Source of the DNA: Histomonas meleagridis 2922-C6/04-290x
Taxonomy: Eukaryota; Protista; Parabasalia
Assembly: GCA_020184695.1 (NCBI GenBank)
Contig: JAANOX010000128.1
Coordinates: 62,001 to 126,000 of the forward strand
Direction of reading: 5' to 3'
DNA length: 64,000 nucleotides
Translations under genes and position numbers: made by a program
Notes under the pieces: generated by a model
The model's input: the letters and a program-made list of their open reading frames with translations, nothing else
What the model was told of the DNA's origin: nothing
The model's database searches: none
Part shown: positions 32,771-43,900 of the stretch, piece after piece
How positions within the stretch are numbered: the stretch's first letter is position 1
Layout of the letters: the number at the start of each line of letters is the position of its first letter

Positions 32771-33033
32771 CAAGCATCTGGAATTAACGTGTTTCTATCG
32801 TTATACTAACTTTTTCAGCTAAAAATGCAATTAAATATAAAGAAGCACAACTTGAAAATCGAAAAAAAAAATATTTTTAAAATCCAGTTTTTCACTTTGC
32901 TTTGAATGAAGGTTTTGAAGTTTCACTTTCGAGATAATGCAGAAAAAAACATTAAATTTGTGGTATAAAAAAAGATTAATTAACAATTTAATATTTTAAA
33001 ATATTTTTCAGTTTCATAAAAATATTTTTACAT

Positions 33034-35397
33034 TCATATGAAGTAAAGTAATTTCTCTTTCAGTAGCGGTGATGCATCGTTACAACCCAACTCATCCAAG
33101 CAGCACTCTGCAGCTCTCTGTGCGTTTCTCGCAGGCGCTGGTATGTCGTATGCTCCAGCAAACGTTGGATTGTCGCAACATAATGAATATGTAAGCATTG
33201 CCAGATGGTGATCATTCATACGCATATTCGCACTGTTGTACAAGACAGTGTATTTGATGGGCGGAGAGGTACTATTGGGAACAAAATAAAACTCTGCAAC
33301 TCCATTCGTACATATATCATTAAAAACAACAGTTCCTGGTAATGGGCTTTCTGATGTATCTCCGTCATCAATGAAAAATCGCATAAGAGTTATACTTTGT
33401 AAGCCACAATAAACAAATGGAATTCCATTTAGCACTTTTTCTATCATCGGCACTTCATTCAAATTTGAATCAATCAGAAAATCGGCGGTTTCGGCTATAC
33501 GATAAAACACAATTTTTCCCGGTTTTTCTAAGAAATTTTCGTCAAATAACTTCAGAGCTGATTCCATAAAATCACTGAATTGGCTCTCAGAAAGAAATGG
33601 AGATGAATTACGGAATACCTCGGTTTTGTATCTTGCATAAGTTTGATCATATGATGCTGTTATAGCTATAACATATGAATTTTTTCCATTTGGTAGGGTA
33701 GAAATACCAACTATCATGGTATGCCTGAGAGGAAGAGAAACATAGAACGGAACACCACCAATTTTTGCAGTGATTTGTAGAACCATGGAAAATATCTCGT
33801 CATGGATATTTTCGTTTAGCAATTTAGTAGAAAGAAAATGATATGGGATTCCTAATGTTGATGTTAGGAGTTGCTTAAGTTTGGTAAATATATTCATCTC
33901 ATGAATAATTATGATGAATGATGGTGTTCCATAATTTTTAATGTAACCCAAAATTATGTGTTCACATTCACTTGGTTTATCGAAAAATTTATGAACAGGT
34001 TGTGGAAATATGACATCTAATTGAGCAGATATTTCCATAAATAAATTCACGAAATCATTCATTTGTTTGTTAAACGATATATGGGAAACAATTAATGGGG
34101 ATGAATTAACTTTAGGAGGAACTGCTACAGAATAATCGCGAATATTGAAAAGCATTTGATCGTTAGCGGAGACCGTTACCAGTTTGCGTGAAGTGTCACT
34201 TTTTCGCATTGTGAGTAAAGGTTGCTCTAAAATATGGCCTTTAATCACTGTGTTTTCCCTTATATCAATATCAAAATTAGAAAACAATGATAATATTTTC
34301 TGGTCACTCTTTAATGAAGAATGAATAGATTCAATAAATTTTTTTCTATTTAATGGATTCAAATCGGCAAAATCATGATACATTTTCATAATTTTCGGAT
34401 CGAGTTTCTCGGATTCTGTAAGCCCACATTGTACAAGAGCAGATGCAGGATATATTTTTCCATTTGATAATACAATAATTGGATCATCTGGCTTAGTAAC
34501 AAAATTGTAGCGAGATGAAAAGTACTGTGATACAGTTTCCTTAGAAGTTTCATTAATAACTTTTGATTTTGCCGTGCAATCCCAATTAACACTTCTGACT
34601 TTGACAGTCTGTTTCTGTTCAGAATTGGCTGTAATGAACTTCATTTGTATTGTGAAGTCTTCCAATTCTTTTCTTTTCATGGAATCCATAACTCCTGATG
34701 TTAGAAAATCATAAAGATTTTTTTTCCTTTCGATTCGCACAGCAACATCAATAGATAAGTACACTTGACCAGAAAGAGCAATAAGTGATGGTTTATATCC
34801 TAGTACAAATCGAAGATCCATAAATTCCTGGTAATCTGTATCAATGAAAAATTCGTTATCGAGACAAGAATGGCCAAGAAGTGAGAAGCAATTGTTGAAA
34901 AGTGGTCTCAAAAACTGAAGTAAATCGTTTGTTGATTCAGAAATTGATAATTCTCTTTCAAGATCAATTTGAATTGTAGAATCATTTACAATAGCTTGAT
35001 TCTCGCGTGAAAGGTTATCTTTTGATGAAATAAAATATTCTTTGTTATCAATGATTATTGTTTGCCATTCAGGATTTGAATTCATTGGTTCTGAATTTGG
35101 AAATAGAACAGAATACAAAAAATCACTAACAATTTTAATATCATCCTGCTTAGGCGTGATTGTAATTTTATAAAGATAAAGTTTTTTATTTGGTTCTTTA
35201 ATGGTTATTGGATATAGATTCGAATGTAAATAAATTTCAGAGCCATTTTCCAATGAGAAGTTTTCCTGACGATTTGGATTGGGTTGAAATCTGTTTGATA
35301 TGTCTGGATAAACTTGAACGCCTAGATTATCTTCCATCAAGGAAAATGTGAAGGGATATTTTGACAATAATTTTTTTGTATAATATTTATGTGACAT
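33034..35397 (-). CDS. Argonaute/Piwi family protein with a degenerate catalytic tetrad
   Basis: N domain (LHSNLYPI), L1 (VYLSIDVAVRI), PAZ (SQYFSSRYNF..IYPAS), MID/PIWI (LQITAKIGGVP, TMIVGI, PLPGTV, EFYFVP, P.KYTVL, LTYSLC, IPAPAR.A). Confidence 0.88.
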   Translation of the reverse strand: MSHKYYTKKLLSKYPFTFSLMEDNLGVQVYPDISNRFQPNPNRQENFSLENGSEIYLHSNLYPITIKEPNKKLYLYKITITPKQDDIKIVSDFLYSVLFPNSEPMNSNPEWQTIIIDNKEYFISSKDNLSRENQAIVNDSTIQIDLERELSISESTNDLLQFLRPLFNNCFSLLGHSCLDNEFFIDTDYQEFMDLRFVLGYKPSLIALSGQVYLSIDVAVRIERKKNLYDFLTSGVMDSMKRKELEDFTIQMKFITANSEQKQTVKVRSVNWDCTAKSKVINETSKETVSQYFSSRYNFVTKPDDPIIVLSNGKIYPASALVQCGLTESEKLDPKIMKMYHDFADLNPLNRKKFIESIHSSLKSDQKILSLFSNFDIDIRENTVIKGHILEQPLLTMRKSDTSRKLVTVSANDQMLFNIRDYSVAVPPKVNSSPLIVSHISFNKQMNDFVNLFMEISAQLDVIFPQPVHKFFDKPSECEHIILGYIKNYGTPSFIIIIHEMNIFTKLKQLLTSTLGIPYHFLSTKLLNENIHDEIFSMVLQITAKIGGVPFYVSLPLRHTMIVGISTLPNGKNSYVIAITASYDQTYARYKTEVFRNSSPFLSESQFSDFMESALKLFDENFLEKPGKIVFYRIAETADFLIDSNLNEVPMIEKVLNGIPFVYCGLQSITLMRFFIDDGDTSESPLPGTVVFNDICTNGVAEFYFVPNSTSPPIKYTVLYNSANMRMNDHHLAMLTYSLCCDNPTFAGAYDIPAPARNAQRAAECCLDELGCNDASPLLKEKLLYFI

Positions 35398-36223
35398 TCT
35401 TATTTCTATTCAAATGCATTGACGATAGAGCATGTTCATATAAAAGTGTCACTTATCCCGGGTATATTAACGGTCCACTAAATTGAACGTACGTCGTACG
35501 CATTATACTGCCCATCCAATTTTGATTAAAACATGTAGTGACAGGTTTTCATTATTCAAATTATGATGATAAATTTAAATTATTTGAAAGCTACATTCAA
35601 GTATGAAAACTTTATTAAGCCATGTGTTTTTTCATGGGAAGAACCAATGACACTTGTTGCAAGAATTGCAATATAAAGCGTTTGATAATTAATTGAAGCA
35701 TTCAAGAATTCAATTCGTGTTGGTATAAATTTGCAACAGCACAAAAAAAGCTGAGGGACGACAGTTGTAAGCTTGTTATACTGAGATAGCCAAATTATGT
35801 TGAAGACGAAAAGGAATTTCATATTAATGCAATGTGTGAAATTAAAAATCATGCTTTCTATGAGTGATGAATGTTCATAAGGATATGATAAACTGTATTA
35901 AGGAACGTGCTTCATATTACAGTCATAAGTAATAATAGAAATAAATTTAATAGTTCAAAAGAGAAGAGAAAATTGATATTCATGCATAAATATATCTTAA
36001 GATGGTTGTGTACAAAATCTCCAATTTATGCATCTAAAAATGAAATTGTTAACAATATCTTCATTCGTTATACGTATATTTTATATAACTGAAATAGTAA
36101 AAACAGAAAATATTTTTCTTTCTGTAATTTAACACAATTGCATATATAATTTTTTTTTTTTAAAATCAGTTGAATATCATTAATCAAAACATATATTATG
36201 AAATTTCTATTATAAATCATTTA

Positions 36224-37567
36224 TTATAAATTTGACATTAATTTCCTTTCCATGATGAAATTAAACATATTATCGACTTCTTTTCCTGTTTTTGAACTTA
36301 CTTCATAGTATTTAGCATTTATTTTATTTGCCATTTCAATTCCTTGATTAAAAGTCACCTTTCTTTCTAAATCGATTTTATTTGCACATAATATAATTTT
36401 TCCGAGTCCGAATTTATAACTTTTAATCTTTTCATAAAAAGTCATAACGTTATCATATGAATTTTGATCATCAACTGAGAAAATGATTACAGCATAATCG
36501 GACATATCATAAAAGATGTTTAATGCATTATTTAAATGTTCTTCACTTCCTTCTGAATATTGGACATCAAACATTTGATCACCAAAATATTTTGTTTTAT
36601 TTATAATTCTTAATCCTTTTGTTACAGTATCGAATTTATCAAATATAAATCTATCGACAAGACAAGATTTTCCACAAGAAACACTCCCAAGTATTAATAA
36701 TTTAAGTTTAATAGTTTCATCAGTAAAACTAAATTTTGGTTTTTCTGGTTCTTGTTGAGAAATCGGAGAAAGAATTTTTGACTTTGGTTGGAGAAAAGAC
36801 AATGACAATATTTGATTAATATTTGGACGACTTCTTGGCTTAGTTGATAACATTTTTTTAACAAGATTTATTATATTCTTATTATATTGCTTTGAAATTG
36901 GTTTATATTTTCCTTCTTCTATTGCTCTGCGGGTGCTTGCTAATCCATTTACATTGAATGGAGTTTCAAGTGTACATAATTCATAAAGAATACATCCTAA
37001 TGACCAAATGTCTGTCTTGTAATCATATGACTTAAAGCTAATAACTTCAGGTGACATGTACTGATACGTTCCTATTCGAGTTGTACAAGATTGATGAATA
37101 GTTTCAAGAACTTTGATATCATCAAAATCACCAACTTTGATTTCTTCTGATTTAAGAAATATGTTTTGTGGTTTTAAATCACGATGAATTATTTTTTTAT
37201 TATGAAGATATTGAATTCCAAGTGCAATTTGCCGAAAGTAATGGATAACTATATCTTCTGGAATAAGCCTTTTCTTTTGTTTGAAATATTTTATCACTTG
37301 AGATAAATCACCTCCATCTGCAAAGTCCATAACAAGAATTAAATATTTATCTGTCTCAAAATACTCATGATATTTAAGAATATTTTTGTGAGAGAAATTT
37401 GTTAATGTATCATATATTTTGTATAATTGATTCTTCATGTTGTCTGCAATATCTTTTTTTGATGTTCTTTTAAGTACAAAATATTCATGTGATATTTCAG
37501 ATTCCGCAAGAACAACATCGATACTACCAAATTTCACAATATTGTTTAACTTTCTATATTTCTCCAT
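36224..37567 (-). CDS. NEK-like Ser/Thr kinase fused to a Rab/Ras-like GTPase domain
   Basis: Kinase: HRDLKPQNIFL, GT..YMSPE, DIWSLGCILYEL. GTPase: LLILGSVSCGKS, NKID, EVSSKTG. Likely ATG at 37567 (MEKYRK). Confidence 0.88.
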   Translation of the reverse strand: MEKYRKLNNIVKFGSIDVVLAESEISHEYFVLKRTSKKDIADNMKNQLYKIYDTLTNFSHKNILKYHEYFETDKYLILVMDFADGGDLSQVIKYFKQKKRLIPEDIVIHYFRQIALGIQYLHNKKIIHRDLKPQNIFLKSEEIKVGDFDDIKVLETIHQSCTTRIGTYQYMSPEVISFKSYDYKTDIWSLGCILYELCTLETPFNVNGLASTRRAIEEGKYKPISKQYNKNIINLVKKMLSTKPRSRPNINQILSLSFLQPKSKILSPISQQEPEKPKFSFTDETIKLKLLILGSVSCGKSCLVDRFIFDKFDTVTKGLRIINKTKYFGDQMFDVQYSEGSEEHLNNALNIFYDMSDYAVIIFSVDDQNSYDNVMTFYEKIKSYKFGLGKIILCANKIDLERKVTFNQGIEMANKINAKYYEVSSKTGKEVDNMFNFIMERKLMSNL

Positions 37568-37946
37568 TAATGGAGAATTAAAAAAAATGCCCACCGAAAC
37601 AAGCGAATTTTTTGAATACTTCAAACAATTTTTGAATGACAAATTTGAATTGAGAACGATAGTTATGAAAATATGCGTCATATTACGCATAATTGCATCA
37701 TAGAATTGTGATATTTGGCCAGGTGGCTAAACGGTTATGACACAGTTAATAACCCAAAACAACGGATATTTTCGATACAAATAGAACTCCGATAGTAAAA
37801 AGTGACATCGCGCTCTTCATTTAACTTCTTGAAATAAGAAATGTTGAAAATTCGCATAAAAAACAAAATTTCCGTTATTCTATAGCACTCCATATGCTTC
37901 AAAAATTACAATTTTTTTTTTAATTTCTTTTTTATAATCAATTTAC

Positions 37947-40900
37947 TCACCACCATGGGAACCATCCCCTATACATCACGCAAAGGTTATTTAGACTTGT
38001 TGCCTGTGTTATTAGCTTATCCACTTGTTCATTTACGGTCAACACCTCGTCTTTAATGATATCTCTACCAGTCAATTTATCCTCGATTCTTTTCATTATA
38101 TCTATAGCCGAACTACTTTCTTGAGCTGCGAATTCATCGGAAGTCAATTTATCATCTTTCACATTAATCCATTGTCTTAATGGGTCATATATGAAAACCT
38201 CCAATAAACCTAAGAATTGGTTACCGTTCTCTCTGAAAAGTGACATGACATTTTGACAGCAGCTTCTGAACGTCCCCTCAATTTTTGAGACCTCCAACGC
38301 GTTTTGTAAAATCCGTGTTAATCTAAACGGCACCACCTCAGGGAACTTTTCTCTATGCATTGCCACTTCGAAGCAATCACCGAAATCGATGTGCACCAAT
38401 TTTGCGGTATTTTTCTTAAACATAATATTACTTAAATGTCGGTCACCTAACCCTAATATATAACCCGCCATTGAAGTCATTGCTAATGAAGTTGCATAAA
38501 AAGTTCTTCGTTCGATCCAATGATTCGAATCGTTTGAGTTCGAAAGGATAATATGTTTCAAGTCATTACCCGATTGTGCACTTAAACCTTTACGGAACGA
38601 TGCGACTTTATTTGGACATAAAGGTAAACTTTCGAAGTTCGGACAAACTTTTAATGTTGTCTGATGTTCTATCTCCAAAGGGACATTATGTTTTTCACGG
38701 TATTGTTTCACGAGGTCATAGATAGTGTTACATTCTGGAACCCAACCAATCAGTCCGACTTGTCCAGTGATTGGTATTACTTTGTATGTTGTAATTGTTA
38801 ATTTATCTTTTAATGGTATTGATGAATGAGATATTAATGTGTTCACTAAAGCGAAGAATTGCATTACACGTTCATCTAAACGCGTATCTTCATTAGCCTT
38901 AAGTAAGAAGACATATTTAATACCATCATTACCATAGATGGCCATTCTTCGTGGTCTTTGTTTACTTTTCATTACAGTTAATGTTGGCTCGAACTTAAAT
39001 AAATTAATTAATGAATGATGAAACTTAAATGACCCTGGAATGATTAACTCACTATTATTTAATGAGCATAATGAAGGTGATGCATCTATTAATAGAATTG
39101 ATGTTAATTCATTTATGATTGGCTTTAATTGATGGAAAACATTAATATATAATTGCCACGCTTGATATAAACATTCATCTTCTTTAGTTTCTTGATATTT
39201 CTTTATCCATTTCTCCGCTAATGTTAAACTTTGTCCAAATTGTCGAATGAACATTAATTCATATAATGTTTCGGGTTTTTTCGAGATAATTTTATGTAAT
39301 GGTAATAAAAGATTTATCATTTCGTCATTATCTTTCCGCATGATATAAGCACGTGAAGCTTCATCTAATGTACTATGCCACATTTCCCACCAAGAGACAG
39401 CTATACGTATTAATTCATTTGCTAATGTTAACATTTGTTCAACAATTGAAGGATAATCATTACGTAATAAATCAAAGATATAAATTGCAACTTTTTGTCG
39501 TGCACTTTCAACTTTTAATGGTACCATTAATGAATATAAGACAACATGAGGTTGTTGTGTACCTACGTAATATATTAAATCTTTAATTAATTCTCGTAAA
39601 TCACTATCATTCGAATCAGATCGAGCTATAATTTGTGGTAATACTTCAATCCATACTGATATAGGTAAAGAAGTATAATACTTTTGGAATAATGCATATA
39701 ATTCTTTGTTACCTTTCCTAAATAATATACTTAAAATCTTTAATGTAAATGATAATGGATCACTTGGATATAATGAAATACCAACTAATAACCCTTCTAA
39801 TGAATCTAATAAATATGAATTATCTTTAGTTTCTTCATATAACTTTAAGTTAACACTTGACCATAATGACCATTCTTCTGGTGTAGCTTTAGAATTATCA
39901 ATTGCAATTTTGAAGTTATTACGTGATTCATTTAAATGATTTGATTCCATATTCCATTTACCTAATAATGATTGACATATAGGTAAAGTTTTAGGTAATT
40001 CTTTAATCGCTAATTCTTTCTTACCTTTAGCCCAATAATATTTACATTTAATTATATTGATTTCTGGATCATTATGAAATGAATCTTCAATATACTTTAA
40101 ACTATGTTTAACTATTTCTAATTTATTATCTTTAATTGAAGTATCTATGAATTGTAACCATTGAGTTTTAAGTTCATTTGGTGTTAATACTAATGAACGA
40201 ATACATATTATTTCATGCATAATTGTCGAATCTTTAGGTAATTGTTCAAATCGATATTCCCAAGTAGTTAATATTCTAGAAATTTGTTTTTCTGCCGTAA
40301 TTCTTTCATTAGAAGATAAAGCGTTTTTAATTTTATTCTTTAATTTCATATATTTTATAACTTCTTCGATTTCAATTAAATAACATATAAAAGCAAAATC
40401 TTTATAAACTCGTTCATAATCTTCTGCTATTAATGGGAATATTTTATCAATATATTGAGTTCTAATTTCTGATATTAATTCTTTTGCTAATTTAAATTCA
40501 TTTTTAATTGTATGATATAAACTTTTATAATATAATCCATCAATAGTATTATTATCATTTAATTTCGAAACAGTTAATAAGAATTGATCTTTCTCAAATA
40601 AACGCCATTCAGAAGAAGCTAAATATAAAGGCCAATTACCTTCTGATGCAACTTTCTTTAATTCGGAATATTTAGATAATGCTCTAATACAATTAAGTTT
40701 ACCTTGATATAATAATTTGTTATTCGGATCAGATTCGATTTCTTTATTATATTGTTGTAATGCATCTTCCCATAAACCTAATTTCTCTGCTAATACTGCT
40801 TGTGTAGTAGTAAAGCCTCGTTGATAAACTACACGTAAAATACCATTAGCAGCTAAAGGTAAACCTAATTGTTGATTAATAATAATTAATCGTTCAGTTA

Positions 40901-43900
40901 ATGAATTATCACATTCTTCAAATAATAACTCTGAATAACGTAATGATTGTGCTATACATTCTGCTGTTTGTGCTTTCTCTGATAATATCTTCAAAACAAT
41001 TGGAATCTTTGCACCTAAAACTTCAATTAATTCAATCGAAGCTAAGAAATGACGCATTACTAATCGTGGCACATGATTACGTTTAAAGAACTTTTGTAAT
41101 AATATATCAAGTGTATTATTACCTGCAATTTTATATTGGAAATAAAATAATGTAAATGCTATAGGATATAATGCATCTGCTAATCCTGAATATTTCTCAA
41201 TAATACTTTCACAGACAGATATGGCTCGACTTGATGATGATTTAACCATCATCGAAAATAATTCATTACACCATTTAATCCATTGTCCTTCATCAAAATC
41301 TTTTTGTGGCATTGGAAATGTTAATGTTGGGACTTCTGTAGTAGAAGCTACTGATTTAATTTGTTTATTAGTTCGATCGATTGATGGAGTTTTAGGTTTT
41401 TCTTCTGGATAACATGGCGCAGTCATCATTTTAGGTGGTACGTCACCATTTTCTAAACATAATACATAAGCATTTAAATAAGCCTTTTGATTAAAGTTAA
41501 AAGTTGAAGTTAAATGTGGTACATAAAGTAAGAATTGATTCCCAATATGTACTCCAACTACAAATATTATATCTAAAGCTTTTAATTGTAAATTAGGATT
41601 AATTTCTACAATTTGTATCATTGTTTTTAATACTTGTGATGAAAACTTTTGTGCTCCTCCATTAATTAATATATCTTTTAATGTAGCTAAAATATCTTCA
41701 ATATTTTCATTAGCATGAAATATTATCCAATTTAATAATGGTGGATATAATATATGATCAACTGTTTTTACAGCTGTACCAAATGAATATACTGATAATA
41801 ATATAGCTCCAACTGTTTTAACGTCATCATGATCAATATTCTTTACGAAAACAGATGTAATTTGTGGTAAATGTGGTATATAAGCATCTGGTAAATATAA
41901 CATTAACCAATTCGATATACGTGTTAATAATGATTGATCATAAGTAGCCCAATTATGACATATTAAATCAACTACATGTGGTACTAATGGTATAAACTTT
42001 TCTCCTAATATAGTAATGAATGTTGACATGTTTTTAATTAAGACAGATGTAGTTGAAGCACCTCCTGATGTCATTATATGTGTAATACGTTTCATGATAT
42101 GTGCTTCTAATTCTTCTGTAATAGTTAATCGATAAGCACGAATAATATTTAATAATGCTTCCATTGCATTAGAATGTAATGCTGATAATGATTCTTCAGA
42201 TAATATATCTAAGATCTTTAATGCTGCAACACCAATAGATGCCATCGTTAATGCTTCAACTGAATTAGATGCTGTATATTGTGATAAATAAATGTTTGGC
42301 GATATCGTTGTATTAGTTTCATCCGTGTTTTGTGTTTTATCTTGGAAATTAGAGATTTTCGATGGTGATATTGGTCCTATAGAACTTAAAAGTTTTAATA
42401 ATATTATTTTTGTTTGATTTGTTTCAGATGTTTGTGCATTAGCTAAATCAATTAATTTGATGATTAAATTTGTATGTTCTTTATATATCGAAAACTTTAA
42501 ATCAGTATAATCTAATGCGGACTTTAATAAATCTCGTGCAACTGATATTCGTTTAGGTGATGAATGAACTATTAAACAACTATTAATTTGTGATGCTAAT
42601 GAATCAACATCTGCTACATGTGGTGCTAATGGTAATATTTGGGCTAAAAGTTTTAATGATGAATTAGATAATGGTTGATTAGATGATAATAAATGTGTAA
42701 TTAAAAATTGTGCAAATGGTTCTAATAATTTAATTGCATACGGTGCATAAATCGCATTAGGATCAGAAAATGCTGCACTTGATACTTTAAGAAAACATAA
42801 TATATGTTCCTTATATATAATCTTCGAGTTTTCTAAGTCATGTACTTTCTCAGTAAGAAATTCTTTTAATAAATCAGATGCTTCTTGGAAATGTGTAAAA
42901 CCTGCAATGTAATCTAATGATGCTAATCGGATTTCAGGAGATAAATCATGTAATAATGATTGAAGTGATGGTAATATTGTTCGATCTGTCGGATGCTTAT
43001 TTAAATGTTTCATTAAATATATTCGATGTTTATCATTTAATTCTGTGGCTATAACACTTAATACTCGATGAACTATATCAATAGTAGGAATTTGTGATTG
43101 ATAATTTAATACAAAATCAGATGCAATCTTTCGTGTCTCTAAATCTTTGTTTGTCATATGTAATGAATATTGTAAAATTAATTCTACAGAAAAGTTACTA
43201 AATGGGATTTCCATCCTATTAAGACATTTAAAGGCATTAATAATTGAAGTGGATGAATTTTCAACATCAAGCAAAATAACGTTCGCCATTGAAATCACTT
43301 TGTGTTGTATCGGTTCTTTAACGCTAGGAACAATTTGACAAATTGTATACAATGCTTCAATTATCGTCAACGATAGAGGCAGACTATAAACCGCTTGTAA
43401 ACTTTGCAAAATTGAGTCGTCGGATTTGACAGTTGATAATGCAACTGCACAATATGCTGCTTGTTCAGTATCCATTAATTCTTCAACTGATTTAAAACAT
43501 TTGATCATTAGCCTTTTTTCTTCATCATCAAATTGACCTTTTCGAGCAAACAAATATGATCCAAATCCCATTAAAGCTTCATTACGATTTTGAGTTTTTT
43601 TCTTGATTAATGGCTCATAAGCTTTAAAAATTGATTTGTGAATTTCATTATTAAAGATAGTTGGAGTACAGATATAACATAATGTAATAAGTTTAAATCC
43701 GGCTAATCGTGCAGGTACTTCACGAGCTTGAAGTAAATGGACTGGAACTGTTTTGAAGTTTAAGTATTTGACCATTTTTGGATTAAAATCAATGATTAAT
43801 TTAATGGCTTCACATGCGCCATCAATGTATTCAGGCTTATTAGAAGTCGCATTCTCCATAAGGATCTCACATAACTTCCTTAATGGAAATGTACAAACTT

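Noticed and set aside
36224-37567. ROCO/LRRK-type protein
   Set aside because: No COR domain, and the ORF ends immediately after the G domain.
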